64,000 nucleotides of DNA from Candidatus Latescibacterota bacterium (GTDB lineage Bacteria; Latescibacterota; UBA2968). Location: contig OZ242010.1 of the NCBI GenBank assembly GCA_965204745.1, positions 1,952,001 through 2,016,000 on the forward strand. Reading direction: 5' to 3'. The position numbers and the translations under genes were made by a program. The number at the start of each line of letters is the position of its first letter. Within the stretch, counting starts at the first letter, position 1. Of the stretch, positions 1 through 9,721 are shown piece after piece. The notes beneath the pieces are model-generated. The model did no database searches. It saw nothing but the letters and a program-made list of their open reading frames with translations, and was not told where the DNA came from.

Positions 1-1279
1 GATAGTGTTCGGCTGCGAGATCGTACCAATGCAGGTCTTCGCAGAGTTGCGCGATGTGCAAGCGCGCGGCGGCTTTTTCGGCCGGGGATTGGATGCGCGT
101 TTGGTATGTTTGGTACGCGGAGAGGGCTTTTTGGTGCGAGCCGAGGGCGCGCCAGATATCGCCGATATCGCCGTAGGCTCGGATGCTGACATCGGCGTCG
201 GGGTATTTCTCTTGGAGCTTTTTGAAGGCGTCTAGGGCGTAGCGATAATTTTTTGAGTCGGCAAAGGCGCGGCCATAGCCCAACAAGGCGTGGGCGCGAA
301 AGGGGCTGTTGGGATAGGCTTTGAGAAATGCGGCGTAGCGGTTGAGGGCTTCGCGGCTTTTGCCGAGTTCGCGTTTGGCGTTCGCGCTTCCCAATACGGC
401 GCGTTGGCGGCGGGTGTTGCGCGGCAAGGTGGCGAGTGCGCGGTCGTACGTGGCTTCGGCGCTTGCCCAATCGCTTTTGCCCGCGTGCCATGCGGCGAGG
501 ATGAGGTGCGAATTTTCAGCGGCGGGCGTTTGGGGAAAGCCATTGCGGAGCGTTCTAAAGACGCGCTCGGCTTCTCGGAGGTCGTCGTGCGCGAGGGCGA
601 TGTTGCCCATTTCGAGGAGGGCGTCGGGCTTGCGCTTGGCGGAGGTGGGGGATTCGGCGAGGGTGCGAAATTGCGCGAGGGCTTGGTCCGTGCGCGATTC
701 TTGGAGCAGGACGCGGCCCAAGTTGAAGGTGGCTTCAGCGACCAGCGGCGAGTTGGGGTATTGCGCGATGAGTTGGCGAAAGGCGTCACCGGCTTTGGAG
801 AGGACGCCGCCTTTGTGGTAATTTTCGCCTGCGGCTAAGAGGTCTTGGGGCGCGTGTTCCGATGCGGGATAGGCCGCGTGGACTGCGCGATAGGCTTCGC
901 CTGCGCGGGTATGCTCTTTGAGACGACTGAGGGCATCGGCGCGGGCGCGCATGGCGTTGCCCACTTCGATGTGGTTGGGGTTGCGGTCGATGAATTGCTG
1001 AAAGGCGTCGCGGGCGCGGTCGTACTGTTCGGCTTTGGCATGTGCTCGGCCGAGGCGCAACATGGCGTCGGGCAGGCGTTCGCTGGTGGGGAAATGGATG
1101 ATGAATTGCCTAAATTCCCGTGCGGCGTCGCTGTACATGCCGTCGTTAAAAATGCGGACGGCCAGTTCAAAATGCGATTTTTCATCTTGGGCGCAGAGGC
1201 CGGGCAATGCCGCGAAAAAGAGCAGGCAAAGGCCGAGAGTTAAACCGCGTTTCCAAGTGCTGAGAAGAAGCATTGCCAT
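1..1279 (-). CDS. Exported tetratricopeptide-repeat protein (BamD/CpoB-like repeats), 3' end runs off the window
   Basis: Manual translation from ATG 1279: MAMLLLSTWKRGLTLGLCLLFFAALPGLCAQ (signal peptide), then TPR-like FNDGMYSDAAREFRQFIIHFPTSERLPDAMLRLGRAH...YDRARDAFQQFIDRNPNH. Absent from the ORF track, presumably because no stop falls inside the window. Confidence 0.8.
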   Translation of the reverse strand, partial: MAMLLLSTWKRGLTLGLCLLFFAALPGLCAQDEKSHFELAVRIFNDGMYSDAAREFRQFIIHFPTSERLPDAMLRLGRAHAKAEQYDRARDAFQQFIDRNPNHIEVGNAMRARADALSRLKEHTRAGEAYRAVHAAYPASEHAPQDLLAAGENYHKGGVLSKAGDAFRQLIAQYPNSPLVAEATFNLGRVLLQESRTDQALAQFRTLAESPTSAKRKPDALLEMGNIALAHDDLREAERVFRTLRNGFPQTPAAENSHLILAAWHAGKSDWASAEATYDRALATLPRNTRRQRAVLGSANAKRELGKSREALNRYAAFLKAYPNSPFRAHALLGYGRAFADSKNYRYALDAFKKLQEKYPDADVSIRAYGDIGDIWRALGSHQKALSAYQTYQTRIQSPAEKAAARLHIAQLCEDLHWYDLAAEHY

Positions 1280-1368
1280 GATGGCGTTCCGCGTGGTGGT
1301 GATTGGCGAGATGTGATTTTGTAAATGTATTACATTTTGCAGAAGGCGTCAAATTGAAAGATGGGAAC

Positions 1369-1453
1369 TTAGCCACGAGCGGGGTACAACTGGCGACAGC
1401 CAGTTCAAAGGCACAAAAGGCGTTTAGCCACAAAGGGCACAAAAGGCACAAAA
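1369..1453. repeat. Dispersed intergenic repeat: AAAAGGCAC-type 9-mers plus an AACTGGCGA-(C/T)-AGCCAGTT palindrome
   Basis: Core CACGAGCGGGGTACAACTGGCGA(C/T)AGCCAGTTCAAAGGCACAAAAGG recurs at 25871-25958. Confidence 0.75.
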
Positions 1454-1466
1454 TAGGAGGCGCGTT

Positions 1467-2327
1467 TTGGAGATTGTCGAGGATGCGAATGCGAAGATCA
1501 ATTTGGGGTTGAAAATTCTCGGGCCGCGGCGCGATGGGTTTCACGATATTTTGTCCGTGGTTCAGACGATTGATTTGCGCGACCGACTGGTGTTTAGGCC
1601 CTCGGCGCGGGGGCAGATCGCATTGGCGTGCGATGATGCCACGTTGGCCGTTGGGCCGGAGAATTTGGTTCACAGGGCGGTTGTGGCGTTTCGGGATTAC
1701 ACGGGGATGGACCGGGGCGTGGAGGTCGCGTTGGAAAAGCGGATTCCGATGGGCGCGGGGTTGGGCGGCGGGAGTTCGGATGCGGCGGCTGTGTTGCGGG
1801 CGCTGAACCGCATGTGGGAAGCGGGGCTTTCGGAACGAGAACTGCGGGATCTAGGCGCGAGTTTGGGGTCGGATGTGCCGTTTTTCGTGCGGAAGAACGG
1901 GACGGCGATGGTGACCGGGCGGGGCGAGAAATTGCGGTATGTGCGGTGGTCTGCGGATGTGGTCTATGTGCTGGTCTGGCCGGGGTTTGAGGTGGATACG
2001 GGATGGGCTTATGCGAATTATAGAAAGCCCTTGACAGTACATAGGGATTATGATAGGTTTTTCAACTCTGTAAATTTTGACGAGTTGCCCGCTGCGGAGT
2101 TGTTTTGTCATGTCGAAAATGATTTTCTGCCCTTGGTCGCGCAGACGCATCCGGAGACGCGCGAGATCTTGTCTCGATTGACGGATGCGGGCGCGCTGGT
2201 TGCGTCGATGTCTGGGAGCGGTTCGACGCTTTACGGCGCGTTTGCGAGTCGGGCGGTTGCCGAAGGTGTTTGGGCGCGGTTTAAGGCCGAGGGTTTTCGG
2301 GCGTTTTTATGTTGTCCCGCGGTTTGA
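1467..2327 (+). CDS. ispE: 4-diphosphocytidyl-2-C-methyl-D-erythritol kinase
   Basis: AKINLGL, GFHDI, KRIPMGAGLGGGSSDAAA, LGSDVPFF and MSGSGS motifs; TTG start after AGGAGG. Confidence 0.97.
   Translation: MEIVEDANAKINLGLKILGPRRDGFHDILSVVQTIDLRDRLVFRPSARGQIALACDDATLAVGPENLVHRAVVAFRDYTGMDRGVEVALEKRIPMGAGLGGGSSDAAAVLRALNRMWEAGLSERELRDLGASLGSDVPFFVRKNGTAMVTGRGEKLRYVRWSADVVYVLVWPGFEVDTGWAYANYRKPLTVHRDYDRFFNSVNFDELPAAELFCHVENDFLPLVAQTHPETREILSRLTDAGALVASMSGSGSTLYGAFASRAVAEGVWARFKAEGFRAFLCCPAV
2031..2059 (+). promoter_or_regulatory. Putative sigma70 promoter inside ispE, reading into the rplY operon
   Basis: TTGACA (2031-2036), 17-nt spacer, TG-n-TAGGTT (extended -10), in a locally AT-rich patch. 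Confidence 0.5.
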
Positions 2328-2351
2328 ATTGCGGGAACTGGAGTGTTTTTT

Positions 2352-3029
2352 ATGGCTGATCAAGTTTTTCTCAGCGCAGATGTGCGAACTGAAGCGGGAA
2401 AGAAAGTCGCCAAGGGGTTGCGCCGTCAGGGGCGATTGCCCGCGATAGTGTACGGGGAACGCGAAGACCCGATTAAGTGTTCGGTGGATCAGCGCGCCTT
2501 GACGGATTTGTTGCACGATCACGGGCGCAACGCCATTATCGCGCTCGAGGCGGGCGATAAGCGGCAGAGCACGATTATCAAGGATATCCAGTACCATCCC
2601 TTGCAGGGCGATATTTTGCATGTGGATTTTCACCGCATCAATTTGACGCGCAAAATCGTGGTCGAAGTGCCCATCGCGGTGCAGGGGGTGCCGCTCGGGG
2701 TGCGTAATGATGGCGGGATTTTGGAACACATGTTGCACGGTCTCGAGATCGAGTGCTTGCCCACGGATATTCCGGATCGAGTTGGGGTGGATGTGTCGAA
2801 CATGGAAATTGGGGATTCGCTGCACGTTTCGGATATCGCGATAGACGGCGATGAGCTGACCCTCGTCACGGATGGGGATCGCACGGTGTTTGCGGTGGTC
2901 GCGCCCGCGATTGTCGCCGTTGAAGAGGAAGCAGAAGAAGACGAAATGGTCGAAGAAGAGATGCAGGAGCCGGAAGTGATCGAACGCGGCAGGCGCGGCG
3001 GCGATGACGAAGAAGGCGATGCAGCGTAG
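2352..3029 (+). CDS. rplY: 50S ribosomal protein L25/Ctc (long form, acidic tail)
   Basis: LRRQGRLPAIVYG, ILHVDF, GVRNDGGIL, IGDSLHVSDI. Confidence 0.96.
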   Translation: MADQVFLSADVRTEAGKKVAKGLRRQGRLPAIVYGEREDPIKCSVDQRALTDLLHDHGRNAIIALEAGDKRQSTIIKDIQYHPLQGDILHVDFHRINLTRKIVVEVPIAVQGVPLGVRNDGGILEHMLHGLEIECLPTDIPDRVGVDVSNMEIGDSLHVSDIAIDGDELTLVTDGDRTVFAVVAPAIVAVEEEAEEDEMVEEEMQEPEVIERGRRGGDDEEGDAA

Positions 3030-3030
3030 C

Positions 3031-3576
3031 ATGAAGGCGATAGTGGGATTGGGCAACCCGGGCGCGCGTTATGCCCATACGCGCCACAATATAGGGTTTT
3101 GGGTCGTGGATGCGATGGGCGAGGATGTGCGATGGCACGCCTTTGAATTTTGCATGTGGAGCGAGGTCGGCGATGAGTTGGTGCTGGTCAAGCCGCTGAC
3201 GTATATGAACGAGAGCGGGTTGGCAGCGGCGCAAATTGCGCGGTGTTTTGGGGTGGCGGTGGCAGATGTGTTGGTGGTGGTTGACGACGTGCATTTGGAG
3301 GTGGGGCGGTTGCGCTTTCGGCGCGCGGGCAGTCACGGTGGGCACAATGGGTTGCGGTCGATTGAGCGCGAACTGGGGTCTTCGGATTTTCCGCGGATGC
3401 GCGTGGGCATTGGGCAGCCCGCAGAGGCGGATGGGTTGATCGATTACGTGTTGGGTGAATTTTCGCCGGAAGAACGAGCTGTGATCGCAGATGCTGTTGG
3501 CCGAGGGGTCAGCGGTGCTTTTTGTTGGGCAACACAGGGCATTGAACAGGCGATGAATCGGTACAATGCGCGTTAA
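3031..3576 (+). CDS. pth: Peptidyl-tRNA hydrolase
   Basis: [42 protein letters not shown]. Confidence 0.97.
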   Translation: MKAIVGLGNPGARYAHTRHNIGFWVVDAMGEDVRWHAFEFCMWSEVGDELVLVKPLTYMNESGLAAAQIARCFGVAVADVLVVVDDVHLEVGRLRFRRAGSHGGHNGLRSIERELGSSDFPRMRVGIGQPAEADGLIDYVLGEFSPEERAVIADAVGRGVSGAFCWATQGIEQAMNRYNAR

Positions 3577-3595
3577 TTTGGATGAGGGGTGTTCT

Positions 3596-5578
3596 ATGGT
3601 TTTGGCACCTGTGCTGGGAGCGGCGGGGCTTCTTTGCGCTGGTTTGATTTATCTCTATGTCGCCAGACAAGCCGATGGTACGGACCGCATGCGGGAGATC
3701 GCAGCGGATATTCACGAGGGGTCGGTGACGTTTTTGAAGCGCGAATACAGCGTGCTCGGGGTTTTTATCGCGGCGGTATTCGCGCTGGTGTTTTGGGGCA
3801 TCAATTCGGCGACGGCCCTGGCTTTTTTGGGCGGCGCGCTGTGCTCGCTTTGCGCGGGGTTTATCGGCATGAAGGCGGCGACCAAAGCCAATGTGCGAAC
3901 CGCTTGTGCCGCCAATCGGGAGGGACGGGATAAGGCGTTGAATGTCGCGTTTTCTGGCGGGGCCGTGATGGGCCTGGCCGTGGCGAGCCTCGGGCTTTTT
4001 GGCGTGGGCTTGCTTTTTTATTTTTACGGCAAACCGGATCAGGCCGCGATTATCAATGGGTTTGCCATGGGCGCGAGTTCTATCGCGCTGTTCGCCCGGG
4101 TTGGCGGCGGGATTTATACGAAGACCGCGGATGTGGGCGCGGACTTGGTGGGCAAAGTCGAAGCGGGTATTCCGGAAGACGATCCGAGAAATCCGGCGGT
4201 GATTGCGGACCACGTGGGCGACAATGTGGGCGATGTGGCCGGTATGGGCGCGGATATTTTCGAGTCTTATGTGGGGTCCATCATCGCGACGATTGCGATT
4301 GCGGCAACGGCCGGCAACGCGGCACTCTTAAAGTTGGGCGGGGATCAAGTCGCGGCGATGCAATACCCGCTGGTCGTGGTGATGATCGGGTTGGTGGCGT
4401 CGCTGGTCGGCGTGGGGGCCATTCGCGTGTTGCAGTCGTTAAGCCCGGACGCGGCCCTGCGCTATGCCACGTATATTTCCGCTGGTTTGATGCTCATCGG
4501 GGCTTATTTTGCCGCCGAATGGATGGGGTTGGCACGCGGCGTTTTTTGGGCGATTCTCTTTGGGTGCGTGGTCGGCATCGCCATCGCGCTGATGACCGAA
4601 TACTACACGGGCGGGGCGCCTGTAAAGCGCATTGCCCATTCGTCGGAAACCGGATCGGCGACCAATATGATCGCCGGCTTGGCGGTGGGGATGGAGAGCA
4701 CGACCTTGCCGATTTTGGGGATATGCGTTGCCATTGGCGGCGCGTTTCACTTTGCCGGGCTATACGGCATTGGCATTGCCGCTGTGGGGATGTTGTCCAC
4801 AGTGGGGGTTACGATGGCGGTGGATGCGTATGGCCCGATCGCCGACAATGCCGGGGGGATTTCCGAGATGGCTGCACTGGGGCCTGAGACGCGCGAAATT
4901 ACCGATGGGTTAGACGCGCTTGGCAATACGACTGCGGCGATTGGCAAGGGGTTTGCGATAGGGTCTGCCGCGCTGACCGCGCTCGCGCTGTTTTCCGCGT
5001 ATTCGGCGGCGGTGGGCATCGATTCGATCAACCTGATCAAACCCAAGGTCGTGATCGGGTTGTTCATCGGCGGGGGCGTGCCTTTTTGCGTGGCGGCGTT
5101 GACGATGACGAGCGTGGGCAATGCGGCTTTTAAGATGGTGGAGGAAGTGCGCCGCCAGTTCCGCGAAATTCCGGGGCTGATGGAAGGGACGGGCAAACCG
5201 GATACGCGCCGGTGCGTAGATATCAGCACGGTTGCCGCGCTGCGCGAGATGGTGGTGCCCGGGTTGGTGGCCGTGTTGACGCCCGTGGTGGTCGGGTTTG
5301 TGTTGGGCGCGGAGGCGTTGGGCGGGATGCTCGGGGGCGCGACTGTGTCGGGCGTGTTGCTGGCGTTGATGATGGCGAATAGCGGGGGGGCGTTGGACAA
5401 TGCCAAGAAGTTGATTGAAGGGGGCGATTTGGGCGGCAAGGGGTCCGAGGCACACAAGGCGGCGGTGGTCGGGGATACGGTTGGCGATCCCCTAAAAGAT
5501 ACGTCCGGCCCGTCGCTGAATATTTTGATCAAGTTGATGTCGGTGGTTGCCCTGATGCTGGCGCCGTTGCTGGCATAA
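3596..5578 (+). CDS. hppA: Membrane-integral K+-dependent (probably Na+-translocating) pyrophosphatase
   Basis: [31 protein letters not shown], DxVGDNVGD, GNTTAA (Ala marks the K+-dependent type), [21 protein letters not shown]. Confidence 0.95.
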   Translation: MVLAPVLGAAGLLCAGLIYLYVARQADGTDRMREIAADIHEGSVTFLKREYSVLGVFIAAVFALVFWGINSATALAFLGGALCSLCAGFIGMKAATKANVRTACAANREGRDKALNVAFSGGAVMGLAVASLGLFGVGLLFYFYGKPDQAAIINGFAMGASSIALFARVGGGIYTKTADVGADLVGKVEAGIPEDDPRNPAVIADHVGDNVGDVAGMGADIFESYVGSIIATIAIAATAGNAALLKLGGDQVAAMQYPLVVVMIGLVASLVGVGAIRVLQSLSPDAALRYATYISAGLMLIGAYFAAEWMGLARGVFWAILFGCVVGIAIALMTEYYTGGAPVKRIAHSSETGSATNMIAGLAVGMESTTLPILGICVAIGGAFHFAGLYGIGIAAVGMLSTVGVTMAVDAYGPIADNAGGISEMAALGPETREITDGLDALGNTTAAIGKGFAIGSAALTALALFSAYSAAVGIDSINLIKPKVVIGLFIGGGVPFCVAALTMTSVGNAAFKMVEEVRRQFREIPGLMEGTGKPDTRRCVDISTVAALREMVVPGLVAVLTPVVVGFVLGAEALGGMLGGATVSGVLLALMMANSGGALDNAKKLIEGGDLGGKGSEAHKAAVVGDTVGDPLKDTSGPSLNILIKLMSVVALMLAPLLA

Positions 5579-5642
5579 TGGGGATGCGTTTTTTACCCCG
5601 TTCAGAACGTCGGATTCTGAACCTCATGTCCGAGGGGGATTT

Positions 5643-6023
5643 ATGTCACGAGAGTACGAGATGGCTTTGATCGTCGATACGCAGCGTCCGAATAGGGAGG
5701 TGGATGAGGTGGTCGCACGCTACGAGGCCCTGCTCGAAGAGCACGGGGCCGAGGTGGTCGATGTGGACCGCTGGGGCGCGCGCAAGTTGGCGTATGCGAT
5801 TCGCAAGCGGCAACAAGGCGATTACACGTTTTTCCAATTTCGGGCCGAGCCCAATGCGGTTGCGAATGTGGATCGGGCGTGTCGGTTGGATGAGGCCGTG
5901 TTGCGGCATTTGATTCTTCAGGTCGAGATTCCGCCCGCTGTGGAGGCGGACGATGGCGGGGAATCGCCTGAAGGCGGTTCGGATATTGCGGAAAACTCGG
6001 AAGGAGAGGAGGACGGAGCATGA
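5643..6023 (+). CDS. rpsF: 30S ribosomal protein S6
   Basis: [28 protein letters not shown]. Confidence 0.95.
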   Translation: MSREYEMALIVDTQRPNREVDEVVARYEALLEEHGAEVVDVDRWGARKLAYAIRKRQQGDYTFFQFRAEPNAVANVDRACRLDEAVLRHLILQVEIPPAVEADDGGESPEGGSDIAENSEGEEDGA

Positions 6024-6271
6024 ACAGAGGTCGATTGAAGGTGTGTCATATTTGCGAGGGCAACGCGAGGGCGTGCCGGTTTGAAGCGCATCGGTTGGAG
6101 ATCGATTACAAGAATGATCGCTTGTTGCGGCGGTTTGTGACGGAGCGCGGGAAAATCGTTCCGCGCCGCATGACGGGCACTTGTGCAAAGGGTCAACGTG
6201 CGTTGGTGCGTGCGATTAAGCACGCGCGCTACCTCGCGCTGATGCCTTATGTGAACGATTCGGTTCGATAG
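6020..6271 (+). CDS. rpsR: 30S ribosomal protein S18 (Cys-containing, Zn-binding type)
   Basis: [42 protein letters not shown]. Confidence 0.95.
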   Translation: MNRGRLKVCHICEGNARACRFEAHRLEIDYKNDRLLRRFVTERGKIVPRRMTGTCAKGQRALVRAIKHARYLALMPYVNDSVR

Positions 6272-6317
6272 GCTGGATGCAACCAGGGCAGTTTTGCCGA
6301 AACAATGGGAATACGCG

Positions 6318-6761
6318 ATGAAGGTTATTTTGATTTCAGATGTGGATGCGCTGGGCAGTGCCGGCGAGGTGGTCGAGGTGAAAGACGGGTATGCGCGAAA
6401 TTTTTTGATGCCTCGGTCCCTGGCGTTGATCGCAAACGCGGGCAACATGGCCGTGTATGAGAATGTGCGCCAACGGCGTGAGGTCCAACGGACACGCGCA
6501 GCCCGCGAGGCCGAATCGCTGGCGAACGCGCTGAGCGAGGTGTCGTGCAATGTGGCGGTGACAGCGGGCGAGGGCGACCGCATTTTCGGATCGGTGACGG
6601 CCCAACACATTGCGACCGCGCTCTATGATTTGGGATTTGATATCGACCGCCGCGCCGTGGAACTCGAGGAGCCGATTCGGGCGTTGGGCGTGTACGATGT
6701 GTCCATTCGCCTTCCGGCAGGGTTTAAGGCGTCTGTGAAGGTGTGGGTGGTTCGGGAGTAG
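6318..6761 (+). CDS. rplI: 50S ribosomal protein L9
   Basis: MKVILISDV..LG..GEVVEVKDGYARNFLMP, IFGSVT, PIRALG. Confidence 0.97.
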   Translation: MKVILISDVDALGSAGEVVEVKDGYARNFLMPRSLALIANAGNMAVYENVRQRREVQRTRAAREAESLANALSEVSCNVAVTAGEGDRIFGSVTAQHIATALYDLGFDIDRRAVELEEPIRALGVYDVSIRLPAGFKASVKVWVVRE

Positions 6762-6821
6762 AGGCGAGATGGAAGCAGGCAACGCAAATTAAGAGTTGAA
6801 TCCATTGCGTATTTGTCTTTT

Positions 6822-7100
6822 GGGACCTACCCCCCTAACCCCCCTTCCTGCGAGGAAGGGGGGAACTGTGAGCGGTTTTGCGAGGGTATTGATGAGGGAT
6901 TTCTAATCGCTTTATGCCCTCGGTCAATGCCATCAGAGTAACCAGAGCGAGAAGCCATCAAAGGGACTTTACTCCCCTTCCTCGTAGGAAAGGGGCCGGG
7001 GGATAGGTCCCCTCGGTCAATGCCATCAGAGCAACCCTAAGCCATCAAAGGAGCTTTACTCCCCTTTCCTCGTAGGAAAGGGGCCGGGGGATAGGTCCCC
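6822..7100. repeat. GGGACCTA...TAGGTCCC composite palindromic element (about 190 bp) with its right half duplicated in tandem
   Basis: Terminal IRs GGGACCTACCCCC and GGGGGATAGGTCCC; internal hairpins CCCCTTCC-n-GGAAGGGG; homologous copies at 23366-23590, 42798-43114 and 49811-50001 (inverted). Confidence 0.85.
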
Positions 7101-7116
7101 TCGTGCAGAGATAGAG

Positions 7117-7157
7117 AAACCCCCGTTCTGACCATGTTCGGTCAGGCGGGGGTTTTT
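7117..7157 (+). terminator. Intrinsic terminator between convergent rplI and FGE genes
   Basis: AAACCCCCG-TTCTGACC-loop-GGTCAGG-CGGGGGTTTTT. Confidence 0.65.
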
Positions 7158-7194
7158 GGTGGGTTTTTGTTTTTGGGGCGTGTGTGGGATTGGG

Positions 7195-8142
7195 TTAGGC
7201 GTTGCGGGCGCAGCGGAAGCCGAGGTTGCCCGTGGAACTGTCGGGGGTGTTCGCGCTGCGGGCCGCGACTCGGTAGCGGTTGCAATACGAGTCGTGGCAG
7301 AGGTAGGAGCCGCCGCGCATGCTTTTGGCCTGTCCGATGGGCGGGCCCGTGGGATTTTTTAGGGTGCTGTCGAGGTGAAAGGTGGGGCTAAACCAATCGC
7401 TGCACCATTCCCACACATTGCCGGAGATGTTGTAAATGCCAAATTCGTTGGGCGGAAAAGTCTTGACGGGCGCCGTGCCGATGTAGCCGTCTGATTTGGC
7501 GTTGCGCTCGGGGAATGTGCCTTGCCAGATATTGCACATGTGTTTGCCTTTGGGCGTGAGGTCGTCGCCCCAGGGATAGCGCGCGTGCTCGAGGCCGCCG
7601 CGGGCGGCGTATTCCCATTCGGCTTCTGTGGGCAGGCGTTTTCCGGCCCAGTTGCAATAGGCGACGGCATCGTTCCACGAGATGTGGATGACCGGGTGGT
7701 TCCAGCGGTTTTGCACCTGTGTTCCCGGGCCTTCAGGGCTGTGCCAACAAGAGCCTTCAACGGCCCACCACCAGGGCGCGTCTATGACGGTTTGGGAGAT
7801 GCGCGATGCGTTTTCGGGGGATACAAAGAGGTGAAAGACGAAAGACCAGCCAAACAGTTCGGCTTCGGTTTTGTACGCGGTTGCGCGGATGAATTTGGCA
7901 AATTCGGCGTTGGTGACAGCGCAGGCGTCGAGGTAAAAGGGATCGACTGTGACTTCGCGCATGGGGCCTTCGCCGTCTTCGGGAAAGCCCTCGGTGCCAT
8001 TTGTGCCCATCAAAAAGGTGCCGCCAGACAGGCGAATCATGCCTTTGAGCGAGGAGTCGCTCCTGCGTCTCATTTTTTGTTTGCGCGATTTTTGTCTTTT
8101 GGAAGCGGTGGGTCTGCTCGCGCCGCAACACGGGGAGGCCAT
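7195..8142 (-). CDS. Formylglycine-generating enzyme (SUMF1/FGE, sulfatase activator)
   Basis: F.MG, P.REV.V..F.LD...VTN, RLPTEAEWEYAARGG, GNVWEW, RGGSYLCHDSYCNRYRVAAR with both catalytic Cys; RBS CAGGAG before ATG 8142. Confidence 0.92.
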   Translation of the reverse strand: MASPCCGASRPTASKRQKSRKQKMRRRSDSSLKGMIRLSGGTFLMGTNGTEGFPEDGEGPMREVTVDPFYLDACAVTNAEFAKFIRATAYKTEAELFGWSFVFHLFVSPENASRISQTVIDAPWWWAVEGSCWHSPEGPGTQVQNRWNHPVIHISWNDAVAYCNWAGKRLPTEAEWEYAARGGLEHARYPWGDDLTPKGKHMCNIWQGTFPERNAKSDGYIGTAPVKTFPPNEFGIYNISGNVWEWCSDWFSPTFHLDSTLKNPTGPPIGQAKSMRGGSYLCHDSYCNRYRVAARSANTPDSSTGNLGFRCARNA

Positions 8143-8222
8143 GGGGATACTCCTGAAAATGGGGTGATTGGTTGTCATGCGGGTTTGTGGCATGATACGA
8201 TTGGGTGCGTTGGATGTCAAGA

Positions 8223-8248
8223 GGACAGGCACAGGGGCCTGTCCCTAC
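8223..8248. repeat. GTAG-type REP-like palindrome
   Basis: GGACAGGC-acaggg-GCCTGTCC followed by CTAC; similar GTAG/CTAC-capped hairpins at about 31089-31107 and 63624-63650. Confidence 0.55.
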
Positions 8249-8346
8249 GGGGAATGGGGTTGTCGATGCGCGATAGGGTCGCATTCAGCAGAAAGTCGTT
8301 GCCATCGCCACCGCCCGCCAGAACGCCGCGATCTAGCAAAAAGCCA

Positions 8347-8400
8347 CTGGATTCCATCCCCTGCTTTAAGCAGATAGGGCCATGCTTTCGCCGGAGTGAC
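8347..8400. repeat. GTCA..GCGAAAGC...GGAATCCAG-type dispersed palindromic repeat with an internal insert
   Basis: Reverse complement GTCACTCCGGCGAAAGC..TGCTTAAAGCAGG..GGAATCCAG matches 53640-53692 GTCATTTTGGCGAAAGC..TGCTTAAAGCAGG..GGAACCAG. Confidence 0.6.
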
Positions 8401-8507
8401 CTGCTGATCGTTGCGTGCTTTTTTGCTTGATTTTTGTTTGTGCTTCATTCTATATTAGCATTCCGCTTGTCGCGTGAGATTTGCGTTTTTAGAGGAAGGG
8501 TGTTCGC

Positions 8508-9104
8508 ATGATAAAGATGGAAGTGGTTGCCGTGCAACTCGAACCGAATAGCAATCATCCGTTGGTTTGGTTGAAAGACAAAGGTCAGCAGGTTTTTTTG
8601 CCCATCGCGATTGGCAATTTTGAGGCGGCTGCGATTTTTATGTCGCTTTACGACGAGCCGCCGCCGCGTCCGATTACCTATGATTTGTTGCGGTCGATTA
8701 TCGAGGGGTTTCATGGGCGCGTTGAGCAGGTGGTGATCAATGCGTTACAGGACGAAACTTTTTACGCCGAGATTACGCTCGTCCGCGATGGAGAGAAGGT
8801 GTGTGTCGATTCGCGGCCGAGTGACGCGCTGGCACTGGCGTTGCGCGTTGACGCGCCGATTTTTGTGGCGGATGAGGTCGTCGAGGAGGCAGGCGTGCCG
8901 GTGCAGACGCAAGATGCGCGAGATGCTGTGGAAGATTATTTGAACCTCGCGGCCATTGAAGAGGACGATCCAGACCAAGTGACGGAGCGCGTCGTCGCGC
9001 TCAAGGTGCGTTTGCGGAAGGCGGTCGCGCATGAGGAGTACGAAATCGCCGCCAGGCTTCGAGATGAAATTGGGCGGCTGGAACACAGCATTCAAAAACG
9101 ATAG
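8508..9104 (+). CDS. Bifunctional nuclease family (DUF151) protein with C-terminal UVR motif
   Basis: LPIAIGNFEA.AI, PRPITYDLL, FYA.I, DSRPSDALALAL; AVAHEEYEIAARLRDEI (UVR). Confidence 0.9.
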   Translation: MIKMEVVAVQLEPNSNHPLVWLKDKGQQVFLPIAIGNFEAAAIFMSLYDEPPPRPITYDLLRSIIEGFHGRVEQVVINALQDETFYAEITLVRDGEKVCVDSRPSDALALALRVDAPIFVADEVVEEAGVPVQTQDARDAVEDYLNLAAIEEDDPDQVTERVVALKVRLRKAVAHEEYEIAARLRDEIGRLEHSIQKR

Positions 9105-9121
9105 AATTTTCGGAGGTCGTC

Positions 9122-9370
9122 ATGACGGAAGTGATAACGGTGATAGCGGTTGGCGTTGGCGTTAGCGGGCTGATCTTGAACGGTCAGCGGAATGCCCGAG
9201 AGGAGATGAAAGAATTTAAGGCTGAGATGAAAGCTCGATTTGAAAAAATCGAGGGTCGTCTTGGGCAAATCGAGGGTCGTCTGGGTGTGTTGGAGCGTCA
9301 GCAAGCGAAGTTGGAGGGGTTGTTGGATGGCTTGCGGGAAGCCATATCGGGACGGGCGAGAAAAAAATGA
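9122..9370 (+). CDS. Small N-terminal-TM coiled-coil protein, paralog 1
   Basis: RBS GGAGG; hydrophobic VITVIAVGVGVSGLIL followed by heptads; near-identical paralog directly downstream. Confidence 0.75.
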   Translation: MTEVITVIAVGVGVSGLILNGQRNAREEMKEFKAEMKARFEKIEGRLGQIEGRLGVLERQQAKLEGLLDGLREAISGRARKK

Positions 9371-9418
9371 AAAGGCTTGAGCACGGCACCATCAACGATA
9401 GAATTTTCGGATGTCGTC

Positions 9419-9721
9419 ATGACGGAAGTGATAACGGTGATAGCGGTTGGCGTTGGCATTAGCGGGCTGATCTTGAACGGTCAGCGGAATGCCCGAGAGG
9501 AGATGCGGAACTTAGAGGCGCGTCTCCGCGAGGAGATGGGTAATTCAGAGGCGCGTCTTCGCAAGGAGTTGCAAGATTTCAAATCGCAAGTGGATGCGCG
9601 GTTTGAGAAAATTGAAGGGCGTCTTGGTGTGTTGGAGCGTCAGCAGGCGAAGTTGGAGGGGTTGTTGGATGGCTTGCGGGAAGCCATATCGGGACGGGCG
9701 ATGTCTCTAAATAAAGACTAG
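9419..9721 (+). CDS. Small N-terminal-TM coiled-coil protein, paralog 2
   Basis: Tandem duplicate of 9122-9370 including upstream sequence; extra 11-aa repeats; the stop TAG is completed by the first G of the IS. Confidence 0.7.
   Translation: MTEVITVIAVGVGISGLILNGQRNAREEMRNLEARLREEMGNSEARLRKELQDFKSQVDARFEKIEGRLGVLERQQAKLEGLLDGLREAISGRAMSLNKD

Noticed and set aside
1-1243. Plus-strand ORFs listed in the track at 5-1243
   Set aside because: They are antisense shadows of the minus-strand TPR gene, which the track misses.
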